Shown in pieces: positions 1 to 12,920 of a DNA stretch of 64,000 nucleotides (the first letter of the stretch is position 1; each line of letters begins with the position of its first letter). Source of the stretch: Heteronotia binoei (taxonomy: Eukaryota); assembly GCF_032191835.1 (NCBI RefSeq), contig NC_083237.1:18910001-18974000 (forward strand), in the 5' to 3' direction. The notes under the pieces are model-generated. The model was not told where the DNA came from. It saw only the letters and a program-made list of their open reading frames with translations, and made no database searches. Made by a program: the position numbers and the translations under genes.

Positions 1-916
1 GATTTGATTCCCCACTGCTGCTCCACATGTAGCCAGCTAGGTGACCTTGAGTCGGTCACAGCTCTCTCAAGAGCAGTTCTCAAAGAGCTCTCTCAGCCCC
101 GCCTACCTCTCAGGGTGTCTGTTGTGGGAAAGGGAAGGGAAAGGAGATTGTAAGCTGCTCTGAGGCTTCAAGTAAAGGGTAGAGTTTAGGGATGGACATG
201 AACCGGGGGAAAGGCTGGTTAATTTCATTTTGCGGTTCGTTGATGTCACTAACCAAATGAAAACGAACCAACAAAAACCCCACAAATCCCTGAAGAATTC
301 ATGTTTGGGGGATTTGTGGTTCGTTATGGCTCCCTTCTGCAGGTCAAGAGCTCTCCACTGTATCCTATGGGCCCATAGGATATGATGGAGAGATCTCTCC
401 CCAATCTTTCTTGGCAGGCTGGCTGTGGAAGTGAATAAAGATCGAGGAGACCTCTTCCCAACTCGGGCTCTGCTGGGGTGCCCAGTTGAAACCGGGCAGC
501 CCAGCAGAGCTTGCAAAGCAGCCGATCCTGCAGGGAGAGGTTTGTGGTTCAGTTCGTGCCCATCACTAATGAAGTTCAAATCCAACACTTCTCCTCCTCA
601 CACATTCATTTGACCATTATGCTCCTGTTGCATCACAACCTTAAACATCAGGGATGCATTATTCCCACTGGGAGGAGGAGAAGGCCATGCCCTGCACTCG
701 AGTCCTATGTAAATAGGGTTGCCAGCATCCTAGTGGGGCCCAGAGATCTCCCAGAGCTACAACTGATCTCCAGACCACAAAGATCAGTTCATCTGAGACA
801 AAATGGCAGCTTCAGAGAGTAGACTGGTTTTATAACTCTCTGAGGCTCCTCCCAACTATCCCCGGTCTCCATTCCCCAATACTCCAGGATTTTCCCAACT
901 CAGAGCTGGCAAACGG

Positions 917-1190
917 AGAGCCAGTTTGGTGTAGTGGTTAAGTGCCCAGACTCTTATCTGGGACTCTGGGAGAACCGGGTTTGATTTCCCACTCCTCCAC
1001 TTGCAGCTGCTGGAATGGCCTTGGGTCAGCCATAGCTCTCGCAGAGGTTGTCCTTGAAAGGGCAGCTGCTATGAGAGCCTTCTCAGCCCCACCTACCTCA
1101 CAGGGTGGTTGTTGTGGGGGGGGGGAAGGTAGAGGAGATTGCGACCGCTCTGAGATTCAGAGTATAGGGCAGGATATAAATCCACTATCA
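917..1190 (+). mobile_element. tRNA-derived SINE, Squam3-like
   Basis: Head GAGAGCCAGTTTGGTGTAGTGGTTAAG with B box GGTTTGATTCCC and body CTCTCAGCCCCACCTACCTCACAGGG. Related copies at about 1-185, 23148-23600, 24565-24845, 26520-26705, 33760-33930, 51895-52865, 61975-62150, 63790-63985. Confidence 0.7.
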
Positions 1191-2464
1191 TCATCATCAA
1201 CCCTAGGGTTACTCTAGGGTGTTTGGAATACAGAAACGCTTTATGAGTATGGACTGTTAGCCATATTTGGAGATAAAAGAAAGAGGAAAGATTTGGACTT
1301 AGAGCCTCACCATGAGAAGGCAATTTTCTCCACTTCTCCTTCCTACTACAGACCCCTCTTCTCCCCTCAACTGTCCAAAGGGGTTCCAAGACCACTGGGG
1401 CTGCAGCAAGAGGAGGGCAGGAAAATTCACTTACATAAGTTTATTTCCATTTGTACCAGAGAACAGTTGGATCCAGACAGGTTTCTCACTCTGTCTCACT
1501 CAAGTCCCCTCCTTTCCACAGTCCCTATGCCACAAGACTTACATTCATATTAGTCCTATGATCCCCAGCATAGCCTTTTCTTGATGGTTAAAGGTATCTG
1601 TCCTTCCTGTTTCAACCACAGAAAAGCTGCATGGATCTAAATCTCAGTGTCCATCTGTAGCCGAGAGCCATCCTCATAAACAGAATGACCTCCGTCCCTT
1701 TTCAGCCTCGGTCCTTTAGAGACCAGCTAAGCATCTAGCCCAGATAGCTCCCTAATATCCCCATTTTCTATGTACTAGAAAGTATTCTTGTTGCTGTTTT
1801 GATTCTGTGGAGGTAGGTCTTTCCTCGACAGACCTATCAACAGGAGACACTCCATGTTTACCAAACACAACTTTCTGGAAGGAAAAACAGATTACTCATG
1901 GCAATTGTCTGCATATCTTAATAAAAGGAAGCTAAGCTGTCTTCAGAGTATAGGCCTCTAATGCCAAGGGACCATTTCCCACAGGACACCGATAATGTAT
2001 CAGTAATGTTTCAGTTTGTTCTCTCACTTCCCACCCAGCCAGCCCCATGACCAAAGCTATAAGTAAACATCACTGTCAGACCAACATCCATTTTCCCAAA
2101 ATTTGGTCTACCGCTTCTGATGAAGTTTTTGCTGGGCAAAGAAGCATTTTGAACACTGCTGAGGAACATAAATAGGGATCTTAAGAAGATAACAAACATC
2201 AGGATGGAGCCATGAAGGGGTGGATTCAAGAGAACATTGCCTGAATTCAGTAGATGTGGGCTTCATCGAGAAATTATGGTGGACTATTATAAAAGTATGT
2301 CTGTATTGGAAAAGGGTGTCTGATGTACAAAGAAGAGAAGGCCCTGCAGAGGGCAGCAAGAAGACAATTAGATAGGATAATGAGGTCAGCATCATCTCTT
2401 CTTTTAAGTGTTATTCTTTCTCTGTCTCCAGATTGCTACTTTTAGGACAAGTTTGATGCTCAGT

Positions 2465-2590
2465 TAGACCTGACTTTGATAGCCCAGGCTATCATCAGAT
2501 CTCAGAAGGTAAGCAGGGTCAACCTGGGCTAATATTTGGATTACCAGGGTCATGACGCAAACCACCTCTGAAACATCTCTTGCCTTAAAA
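2465..2590 (+). mobile_element. 5S rRNA-derived SINE (5S-Sauria-like)
   Basis: Degenerate 5S core (GATCTCAGAAGCTAAGCAGGGTC...GGATGGGAGAC) joined to a Bov-B-like tail. Other copies at about 3232-3330, 7190-7330, 9625-9770, 13975-14170, 18680-19070, 29935-30120, 54920-55035. Confidence 0.65.
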
Positions 2591-4011
2591 AAAAAACAAA
2601 AGTCTAGCTCACCACCTCCAAAAGAGCTAGAATTTGTGGCTACCAGACAGCCTTAGGATCTCCTGGCTATACTACCCACGCTGCCATATGACACTTATTA
2701 ATTATTCTCAGCTAGAGATATAGTTAGGAACTAATGCTCCCTCTACACTGTGGAGTCTTGTGAGCAAAACTTCTGCTTTGTGAGCCACTGGCATTAAAGT
2801 TGTAAGCTACTGCACAAATTACTTTGCTCTGGAGCCATTTTTCCTGAGTTAAGACAAAAATGTGTGAGCCGGAGGCTAAAAAACTGTGAGCTAGCTCACA
2901 TTCACTCAGCCTTAGAGGGAACAGGAACCTATCTTTATCTCTCTTCTTTCTTGTGAAATATGTTAATTCCTACATAAACCTTTATCTACACTTTAATCTG
3001 GTTGTGCACCCATTGCTGTGTTAATTCCCCTGCCAACTGTCTGAAGAGAGACTAGAAGGAAGAGTTCATGTTTTGCATCTGTGATTCTTCGCTGGTTTAA
3101 TTGACTTTAACTAAATTAAACCATGATTAATGTTTTATTGATTTTAACTAAATTAAACCTTGTTAACCAGTTTAACTAAACTGACTGTTTTCTTCCGGTC
3201 AGATCTATCTTATGGGGTTCATCATGCTGGCTTGCCCTGACTTAGATGGTCCAAGCTAGCCTGAATCAGGATCGGCCCTGGTTAGAACTTGGATGGGAGA
3301 CGATAAACTCTATGCAAAGGCAGGCAATGATTTTTTTTTTTTAAATCTGTATTCAGAGTAATCTGTATGGCTCCTAAAACATTTTTAAGCAGGAACTCAC
3401 AGGAACGCAGTTCCGGCTGGTTTGGTGTCAGGGGGCATGGCCTAATATGCAAATAAGTTCCTGCTGAGCTTTTTCTACAAAAATCCCTGTGCAGAACGCT
3501 GGTGACATCAGAGGGTGTGGCCGAATATGCAAATTATTCCTGCTGGGCTTTTTCTACAAAAGAAGCACTGGAAAAAGCATTTCATATGATTTAATTGGGA
3601 CTTTGGTTTTATCACAACATAGGTGAGTTTTGTTACATGAGGGGTTCCCTCCCACCACCACCACCAAAAAAAATGTAATTTTATGTAATAAAACTCACCT
3701 ATGTTGTGGAAGTTGTATATTCCAGCTTAGCCTCACTGGCATTATTTTGGCCTTCAGTCAGCCAAGACATGAAAAAAATTAACATATGCAATATAGGAAG
3801 GGAATGGTTCCCAGCCAGGTTCAAAAACATAATATGCAAGACGATGTGACCTCAAGTTACTCTTCAGGCTTCACAGTGCATCGCTACTCAGTGGAGCAGT
3901 TGTTTCTGTAGAAAATTCACGCTATTAGCCACAGTATATATATGTGTGTGTGTATATATGTATGTATGTATATGTGTGTGTGTGTATATATACACACACA
4001 CACACATATAT

Positions 4012-4230
4012 TGGCCACTGTGTGACACAGAGTGTTGGACTGGAGGGACCATTGGCCTGATCCAACATGGCTTCTCTTATGTTCTTATGTGACTCAGAGT
4101 GTTGGACTGGATGGGCCATTGGCCTGATCCAACATGGCTTCTCTTATGTTCTTATGTGACTCAGAGTGTTGGACTGGAGGGACCACTGGCCTGATCCAAC
4201 ATGGCTTCTTTTATGTTCTTAAGTTCTTAT
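4012..4230 (+). repeat. Three tandem 67-bp copies of a CR1/L2-class LINE 3' end
   Basis: Unit AGTGTTGGACTGG...CATGGCTTCTCTTATGTTCTTATG starts at 4031, 4098, 4165. Single copies at about 11100-11340, 28690-28830, 42160-42480, 57563-57640. Confidence 0.75.
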
Positions 4231-4369
4231 GAGATCTGAAAACACAGGAGGACTGTTCTCCTTCCCTAACCGAATGGCATGTCTCTTTAGTATTTCTTTT
4301 TCTAGGGATACAAATAACAGGCAATAAAAGTGTGTCATATGTAATGCTAGTTTGCTTATCTATTTATAG

Positions 4370-5343
4370 ATGGAGCTAGTCAATGGGACGAGAGTTCAGG
4401 AATTCATTTTGCTGGGATTTGAGCTTGGGCAGCAGAAGCGTTTCCTCCTTCTCGTCTTCTTCAGCATTCTCTATGTGTTGACATTCTCTATGTGTTGGCT
4501 GAGAACTTCACCATCATCACACTGGTGGTTGTGGACACCCACTTGTCCCGGTTTCCTATGTACATCCTGCTGAGCAACTTCTCCTGGCTGGAGATCTGTT
4601 ACGTGAGCACCACTGTCCCCCGCATGCTCTTCGACCTGGCTTCCCTTCGTGGCATCATCTCCTTCCCTGCTTGCTTCCTCCAGTTCTACATCTTCTTCTC
4701 ACTGGGCACAACAGAATGCTTCTTCCTCTCCGCCATGGCCTTGGACCGGTACTTGGCCATTTGTCACCCCTTGCGCTATCCCCAAATGATGTCCCCAGAT
4801 TCTTGTTATGTTTTGGTAACTGCTTGCTGGCTCCTTGGATTCCTAGTATACGTCATCCCAGTCATTTTGATCTCCAATATGTCCTTCTGTGGCCCCAATG
4901 TTATTGACCATTTTTTGTGTGATCCTGGACCAATTCTGTCCCTGGCTTGTCCTCCATTAGCGAATGCTCCCATTGTCCTTCAGACTGCCATGAATGTTGT
5001 TGTTTGCCTAGGCAATATGTTCTTTGTTGTGCTCTCCTACGGGGCTGTGATTCTCACCCTGATGAAAACCTCTTGCCAAAGTAACCGAATGAAGTCTTTC
5101 TCCACCATATCTTTCCACTTACTGGTGGTGGCACTTTTCTATGGCCCCGTGGCAGGGTCTTATGTCGTCCCGGTTGGAGAAAGTGAGATGAAGGTCATTA
5201 AGGTGATAACCCTCTTCTACACTGCTGTGACACCATTTATCAACCCCATGATCTATTGTCTGAGGAACGATCAGGTGAAGGAGGCACTGGGAAGGCTGTG
5301 GCAGAGAAAGACAATATTACTGGAGAGCAGAGTGACAGTGTAG
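4370..5343 (+). pseudogene. Olfactory receptor, OR11-like (class II), disrupted by an 11-nt insertion at 4486-4496
   Basis: ATG directly after a splice acceptor (tatttatag|ATG). N-terminal ORF MELVNGTRVQEFILLGF shifts frame into the 283-aa ORF carrying OR motifs PMYILLSNFS, MALDRYLAICHPLRY, DHFLCDPGP, PFINPMIYCLRN. 974 nt = 321 codons + 11. Confidence 0.88.
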
Positions 5344-6231
5344 AGAGGAGAGAAGAAGATAAGGAAGGAACACTCAGCTTACCAACATTAATGTACTCAT
5401 CATTGGACAAGAAGAGTTGTTGTGTTGTTTCTGTTTGGTTTCCTTTAAGATCATATTTAATGGAACATGATATTGTATCTCAGAATTCATTTTACGGAAA
5501 ACTGATTTATTTTTGATTTGGAGTTATTTTGTCTATTCTGCACAACTGACTTTTAGACTTTGTACTTTGTTTTCAACATTAGATTGATCTTATCTATGTG
5601 AACTGTACGGACATGTCGTGGTTGTAATTGTAAGCATGAAATAAAATTTGTTTTTTTTTAAAAAAGAGTACCTTTCGCTGCTCATAAATTCAGGTGGGCA
5701 GCCATGTTGGTCTGAAGCAATGGAACGAAGTTTGAGTCCAAACTTTGAAGACCAATAAGTTTAATTCTGGATATAAGCTTCCGCGTGCACACACACACTG
5801 TATCTGAAGAAGTGTGCTTGCACACAAACTTGTTGATCTTAAAAGTTCCACTAGACTCAAATGTTCTATTTCTCTGACCAGTATTTCTTGGATTGCCAGT
5901 CAAAAAGCCTTCCAGTTAAGCTGGAGGAAGAGCCTAGTTTGTTGCTTTCTTGGAAATTCAGAGCTCCCCCTCAAGAAATTTCTCTGATCGCTTTGTGAAC
6001 CAGAACCCAAATTTGCAAACATTTGAAATCCAATATTACCAAGAGCTCTCTGTTGTGCAAGTCTTCTGTAATACTTAAAACGAGAGGCATGATCTATTCT
6101 TATACAGCAGCCTCAGCTGTATAGTTTTTAGGTATTCCATCAAATATATTCAGAAGAACTGTGTGCAGAAAGCAAGTTTTATTTGTTTTTCCCTCTAATT
6201 CTCTTGTAGGAAATAGGTCTGTTTGGATCAA

Positions 6232-6334
6232 TATTGTTATGTTCTGATAACTGTTTGTTGGTTCCTTGGATGCCTAGTGTATGTCATCCCAGTAATTTTG
6301 ATCTCTGATATGTCCTTCTGCGGCCCCAATGTTA
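6232..6334 (+). pseudogene. Olfactory receptor fragment (TM4 region)
   Basis: Translates to YCYVLITVCWFLGCLVYVIPVILISDMSFCGPNVI, closely similar to the 4.8-4.9 kb part of the upstream OR; no flanking OR sequence. Confidence 0.75.
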
Positions 6335-7974
6335 TCCAAATCAACTCTATCTCAGGTTTCTTGTTCAAGGTCTACCAGAAGAAAAGAAGCAAATCATATC
6401 TCAAATCTTCCCAGGAATTTTGAAGGATACGTGTAATACATATGTACCTAAGATCAATATAGGAGGAAGTGCAGCAACACATGAATGACCTACTGATTCA
6501 ATTTCCTCAGTAGCAAGGACATAGATGCTCCTTGAGCGGCACACCACAGTATCTCCCTTCTAATAAAGCAGATGGGAGAATATTGAGCCAAGTCGCGGTG
6601 GAAGCTGCCATGTGTTTAGGAATCAACCAATTCACTAAATAATTTGACAACACCAGTTTCTTGTTCCTGGAAGTAATGGAATTGTGCAGGAGAACCTAAA
6701 TGGTGTTGAAAGTTGATGTCCCAAACCCTTTACTTGATTTCAGATTTAGTTTGGAATAACCTAAGGCTATTAAGTTACTAGTAGAGTCTCCAATAGATCC
6801 AAGGGACCTTTTCCATTTTGACTGAAATGTGTCTGTTAAGTGTTAAAGGTGCAAGAATATATGAATCAAATATTGTAATTGGCTTTTTTTATTGTTATGC
6901 TGCTGTGATTTTATTGTGATTTTGTTATTTATGTTGTGCTCTGCCCTGAGCCCCTACGGGGGAATGGGTGGAATATAAATAAACAAATAATAATAGCAAC
7001 AACAGGAGGGGGGAAACCCAAGCTTCAGCCAGGAATTAGTCCTGAGTATCCATGCACAAGCTTCCAGAGAAATTAAACCCACTTCTACATGCAACACTGT
7101 ACCAGGGACACAGCAGGGGGACTGTAAGTATGGCTCTCAGGAATTTGGTCTGAATGGTTTCAAAGGGTCTAAAGCTGTCCATGATGTGGATAGCTTAGGC
7201 TAGCCCAGTTTCATCAGATCTTGGCAGCTAAGCAGGGTCAGCCAAGGTTAGTATTTGGAGGAGAGAAATCAAGGAAATCCAGGGCTGCTACGCAAAGGCA
7301 GGCAGTAGCAGAACCCCATAAATCAGCTGCAACTTGATGGCAAAAAACAGCTGGCAGGTATACATAACTGGGAGCCATATAGCAATTGTGTAATAACCTT
7401 GGCCATGGAAACACAGATAGCTGAAAGGACATACTCAGGGGTCCTTTGTAGAAAAATAGGTGGTGGAGCTCACCCAGGGATTGTTATGCAGCTGCACCTA
7501 CTATTCAAAGGACAAGGTGGGGAGGAGGAGGGGGGACCCTCAGAAAGGTTCAGGAACTGTGCTCCTGTGAGCTCCTGCTGAATCTGAGGCCTGGACATAC
7601 TCACTTCCTCCGGTATAAATTATTTTTCTCAAAGCAGGGACACTTTTCTAGGCATTCCCAGACACATTCTTAATTTGAATAAGCAAATGGATCGATACAA
7701 TTCCAGATTTGCAAACTGCACTCTTTTCAAAAATGAGAACATGACTCCTTTGTTGAGTTCAAAGCCCATGCCATATAAGGCTCCATCTACACATTACAAA
7801 ATGCTCATGTTTGTTGGGGAAGAACACAAGCCTTTGTATCAGACACTCTATGGGAGTTTTGTCCTCATGTTGTTTCCTCATTCTAGCCTTATCCTAGATA
7901 CAGTGGCAGGAATATGGGGGGGGGGGGGGGTCGCTGTTGGCCTCATAACATTTTTGCTGATTCCTAGAGAGGAC

Positions 7975-8660
7975 TGACATCACTTACAGGGCAAAAAATT
8001 GGCAAAGATGAATAACAAGATGCCAGACGTTGGAAATGTAAAAAACATGAAGGTTCTTTCTACCATATGTGGTGGACTTGTGAAAGAGCTAAAATGTTTT
8101 GGCAGATGATTCAGCAAGAGATTTCTAAGATCTTCGGATATGAGTTTAATAAAGCTGCAGAGACATTTTTGTTGGGATTACAAATGGAAAAAATTTCCAA
8201 AAGAAGATAGAACTTTAATCTGGTACTTGCTCTCAGCTGCTAGGACATTGTATGTGCAGTTGTGGAAGCAAGAAAAAATACCAGAGAAATGGGATTGGAT
8301 TATAAAAGTTATGACATGGAGTGAAATGGTCAAATTAACAAGAATATTAAGAGACTATGATTTGGAAGTTTTTAAGACGGAGTGGAAAAAGTTTAGAAGA
8401 TATGTAGAAAAAGAGTGGAAAATAAAAGGACATTGGACAATTTTTGATGATGATTAAGTTTTACAAAGAAGAATATAAATTTTTGTTTTAATAGTTAAGG
8501 GTACCTTTAAATATTTGCTTTTTAAGTAAATAACACTGGCGGGGGTCAAGTAACGGGGGGAGGGGTGGGTAGAAAGTAAGATATGGGGTAGATAAAAGAA
8601 GTTTTTAAAGATGTAAGATATAGATTTATTACCATATGTTACCAATAAAATTGTTTTAAA
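7975..8660 (+). mobile_element. L1/Tx1-clade LINE 3' fragment
   Basis: ORF2 C-terminal Cys/His motif (WKCKKHEGSFYHMWWTCERAK), Trp-rich tail, AATAAA near 8644. Confidence 0.8.
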
Positions 8661-9293
8661 TTATAGAATTCCAGGGGTAGAGGGTTTCCGATGGAAACTG
8701 CCTGCTTTACTATACCAGGAGGAGCTAACCTGCCTCCTTCTGTTGATGCTGCTCAACAGGGAGGCTTTCTCAAGGGTCACCAGATATTTATCAGTAGCAT
8801 TCCACTTTGTTCTTCCCACATAGCCTCTCTATCTTCCCTCTCTTTGACCACATGATCACCTAATGTTACAATTGGTCATCATCATCCAACAAAAGGAAAA
8901 ACAACATATCTCCTCACAAGATTTGATCCCAAATTTATGATGAAGCTTTTACAGGATGGAGCAGCATTTTAGACACTACTAAGGTACAGAAATGGGGGAA
9001 AGGTTGCAGAAAGCAGGATGGAACCCTAGAAGGATGGATTTGAATGGGTGTCACGTTCAATAAACAGATGTGAGCATCATCAGAGAAACTACAACACAGC
9101 ATTACAAAGGTAAGGCTGTTGAAAGAGTGGAAGGGAGGGCTTATGACATACCTGTGATTCTTGTTGGCATCCTAGATTTTAACAGTTAATAATAAAGGCA
9201 GGAGGGAAGGCAGCATGGTATAACCCAGGGGTGGCCAAACTTGCTCAACGTGAAAGCCACATAGTATAACCATCAGAAGTTTGAGAGCCACAA

Positions 9294-9426
9294 NNNNNNN
9301 NNNNNNNNNNNNNNNNNNNNNNNNNNNNNNNNNNNNNNNNNNNNNNNNNNNNNNNNNNNNNNNNNNNNNNNNNNNNNNNNNNNNNNNNNNNNNNNNNNNN
9401 NNNNNNNNNNNNNNNNNNNNNNNNNN
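9294..9426. other. Assembly gap (133 N)
   Basis: Run of N inside a hAT-type element. Confidence 1.
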
Positions 9427-9834
9427 GAGGTGGAAAGAATGCAACTTCAGCTTTAAATGCATTCTCCAAGCCACCCGTTGGCTTGACTTGGAGAAGTGAT
9501 TTAAAGAGACAAATGCCTTCTCCAATCTGGCTGACAGGGCAGTGGGGGCTTCAAGAGCCACACAATATGTGTAAAAGAGCCCCATGTGGCTTGCAAGCCA
9601 CCATTTGGCCACCCCAGGTACAGTCAGATCGTGGAAGCTAAGCACAGTTGGTACATGGAAAGCAGACCACCAAGGAAGGCTCTGCAGAGGAAGGCAATGG
9701 CAAACCCCCTCTGATTCTTTCTTGCCTTGCTGGGGTTGCCATAATTCGGTGCAGACTTGATGACACATAAATAAGTAAAAATGAAGTCGAGGACAACCCA
9801 TTTTGTTGCCTTTTTATATATAGAGAGAGAGATG

Positions 9835-10570
9835 ACCTTTATTGGCATTAATGTAAGAATACAGTATAGTTTGAAACCAACAGTAACACTATAGAATATA
9901 ATAAAACCTTAAAAACCAGCAAAAGTTAAATGACATAAACTAGCTGTGGGCTATGCATGAGTAAAAGCCTCTCTGATTTGGATCGCAACCTGTAAAAAGC
10001 AAGCAACATGAGTAGTGACAAAGTTGTGTTTCCCGTGGAGTAAAAAGCGGACCTTGGCATTGTCAGAAAGGCCTTGATGGTCGGAGAGCAGTGCATCTAG
10101 GTATCTTGCTCATGGGCTGCTATAGAAAGAGCAGTCCAGAAGGACATGAGGGACCGTTTCGATGACTCCTTGGCTGCAAGGGCATCGTCTAAGATTGTGG
10201 GGGATTCTGTGGTATCTTCCAAAAAGGATGGCCGATGGTGATGCATTGAATCTAGCCAGCATGAGTGCTCTTCTTTGGTGAGGATCAGTTAAAAAGAGGA
10301 AATAGGGAGCTATTTTATATAATTCAGCACACTGCTGAGAGGGCATCAATGTGGCAAAGTGCAAATCTGGTGGCATTTGGAAAAACAATAATAGTCTGTC
10401 AAAATCTAAGTACTATGCCAAAATGCACAGCAATGACGCCAGAGAACGTTCTGAATGAAATAAGCTAAGCAGGTGTCCCCTACCTGGGACAGTGCCGGGG
10501 GGGGGGGGGGCGGGCCATGTAAGCAACAGTAAGCTTCCAAGGGGTGTGGAGGATGCATGTAATAAATGAA
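9835..10570 (-). mobile_element. Non-LTR retrotransposon ORF2 3' fragment
   Basis: RRALMLARFN...RCPCSQGVIETVPHVLLDCSFY zinc-knuckle-like C-terminus, followed by AATAAA and a simple-repeat tail. Confidence 0.7.
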
Positions 10571-12240
10571 AAGTAGAAGAAGGATCGACTTACTTTGATG
10601 CAACATGTTCACTTCTGAGCTCAGCAATTTGAGAATAATTCAGCACACTGGAACAGTAGCAGAAGAGGGCAGTGAAGATGATCATGCAGATCAGACCTGT
10701 GAGGAAATGCTGAAGGAACTGGGTATGTTTCGGGTGAAGGGGAAAGCAAGGCATCCCCCAGATACCTCAAGGGCTGCCTCACAGAGGAAGGCAAAACGCA
10801 TGTTCCCTGCTGTCCCAGAATACGAGACCTTATCTAAAGCCCTCGCAGTTTTATCTAAAAATGTCCAGTTCTGTATGAATTTTGATGATGTGCTGGCTGA
10901 TATGGGATCTTTAACTCTTCTTTTGTGCATTTGGTCAATAACTGTAGAATAAATTATGTATATCCAGCTATGTCAAGAACGTCAAAGAAGTTTCTTGTAT
11001 CATTTAGCAATGTTGAGAACTATCACCATAGTTACTGTAGGACACATAAGGTCTGAAGAGATAAGGTGAAATAGAAAAGTTTTAAATAAACAGGTTACTG
11101 AATCATAAGAACACCAGAGAAGCCATGTTGGATCAGGCCAGTGGCCCATCCAGTCCAACACTCTGTGTCACACAGTGGCCAAAAAATCCAGGTGCCATCA
11201 GGAGGTCCACCAGTGAGACTAGGACACTAGAAGCCCTCCCACTGTTGCCCCTCCCAAGCACCAAGAATACAGAGCATCACTGCCCCAGACAGAGAGTTCC
11301 ATCAATACCCTGTGACTAATAGCCACTGATGGACCTCTGCTCCAGATGTATAAGAACATAAGATCACTTCAGGCAAGCAGCCTACACCTTTTCCATACTT
11401 CTAATACATCCTGCAGTAATAGTTAGCCAAGGGAGGCTCCTTTTGATAGTTGGACAATAAACACACGAAGCTTCCATCTACTAAATCAGTCCACAGGTCT
11501 ATCAAGGTCATTGTTGTCTACTCTGACTGTTGTCTACTTGAACAGGAGTTTCTCCACACCCTCTTCTGAGCTAGCCAGGAATTAAAACATTGGAATGTGG
11601 TGTCTTGACCTACACTCAAACACCATTCCAGCAGGATACCATGCTCAGTGGTGCTGAAAGCCAGAAGGACAGGAGAATCAACATGGACTAGCTCCTTGTC
11701 TTGCTGTAGAGCATCTGGCAGGTTCAGTCCCAAACCCAGGCCTGAGTTGAATTAAAATGGTTTCTCAGTCTCATCAAACACTGCCCCCCTCCCCTTGAGA
11801 ACACTGAATGTAAATGGGACTTTCTGGTGCCAAGGAAGTCTTCTTCAAGTCTTCCTACCTGATCTTTTTGCTTAACTGGAGATGTCAGGGACTGAAGCTT
11901 AGACCTTCTGCATGCAAACCAGTGCTTAAATGCCAAGTTAAGGCCCCTTTCAATGTCAGCAGCCTCCTTATTTTTCATCTTGTGGAAGTCTCTGGTTCAA
12001 ATCCAAGCTCAGCTCATGAGGGGAATGTAGGCAAGATGCCAGTCTTCATTTAATTGGAATATCACCAGTTTTATGGGGGTTCATAATATCAATGTACTTT
12101 ATGTGGTCCTTTTGAAGGAGTCTGGGATATTACATGAAGTCCTTTAAATACCTGAGTGAAAACACTGTATGCATTTTCAAATGTATTAAAGCAGGAAATG
12201 AAAAGAAAGAGACAGAACCATCTTAGACAACTAATGGTTG

Positions 12241-12276
<36 letters not shown>

Positions 12277-12363
12277 CATCTATCATCTATCTATCATCTA
12301 TCTATCCATCCATCTATCTATCCATCTCTAGATAGAGAGACAGATAGGTAAATGGTAGATAGA

Positions 12364-12720
12364 TGATAGAGTTGTTGTTGTTCAGTTTCACAGTCAAGTC
12401 CGACTCTTTGTGGCCCCATGGACAAAGTCACGCAAGGCCCTCCTGTCTTCCACCATCCTCTGAAGTCTGCTCAAATTCGTGTTTGTTACATCAGTAACTC
12501 TGTCCAGCCATCTCATCTTTTGCCATCCCCTTCTTCTTTTGCCTTCTGTCTTTCCCAGCATCAGGGTCTTTCGTCTCCAGTGAGTGCTCCCTTCTCATTT
12601 GAGCTTCAGCTTCAGCATCTGACCTTCCAGGGAACTGTCTGGGTTGATTTCCCTTGGGACTGACTGATTTGATCTTCTTGCAGTCCAAGGGACTCTCAAG
12701 ATTCTTCTCCAGCACCACAT
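12364..12720 (-). mobile_element. Bov-B (RTE) LINE 3' end flanked by (CT)n/(GATA)n microsatellites
   Basis: VLEKNLESPLDCKKIKSVSPKGNQ...DAEAEA is the Bov-B ORF end; CAA-repeat tail at 12364-12380. Confidence 0.85.
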
Positions 12721-12920
12721 AGATAAAATTAGACTCCAGATAGACAGACAGATAGAGAGACAGGTAGGTAAATGGTAGAAAGACGATAGATAGATGAGAG
12801 AGAGAGACGAACAGTAGATAGATGATAGATGATGAGAGAGACAGAGACAGATTTCTCATGGTTTTGGTGGTTTCAGCCACATGGTGGCGTCTAAACAATA
12901 ATTCTGCTCTCTAATTCCAG

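Noticed and set aside
2011-2395. Hydrophobic minus-strand ORFs upstream of the first OR
   Set aside because: No GPCR or OR motifs could be aligned.
7195-7270. 5S rRNA-like sequence (several copies)
   Set aside because: Only the degenerate internal core is present, fused to a Bov-B-like tail; 5S-derived SINE, not an rRNA gene.
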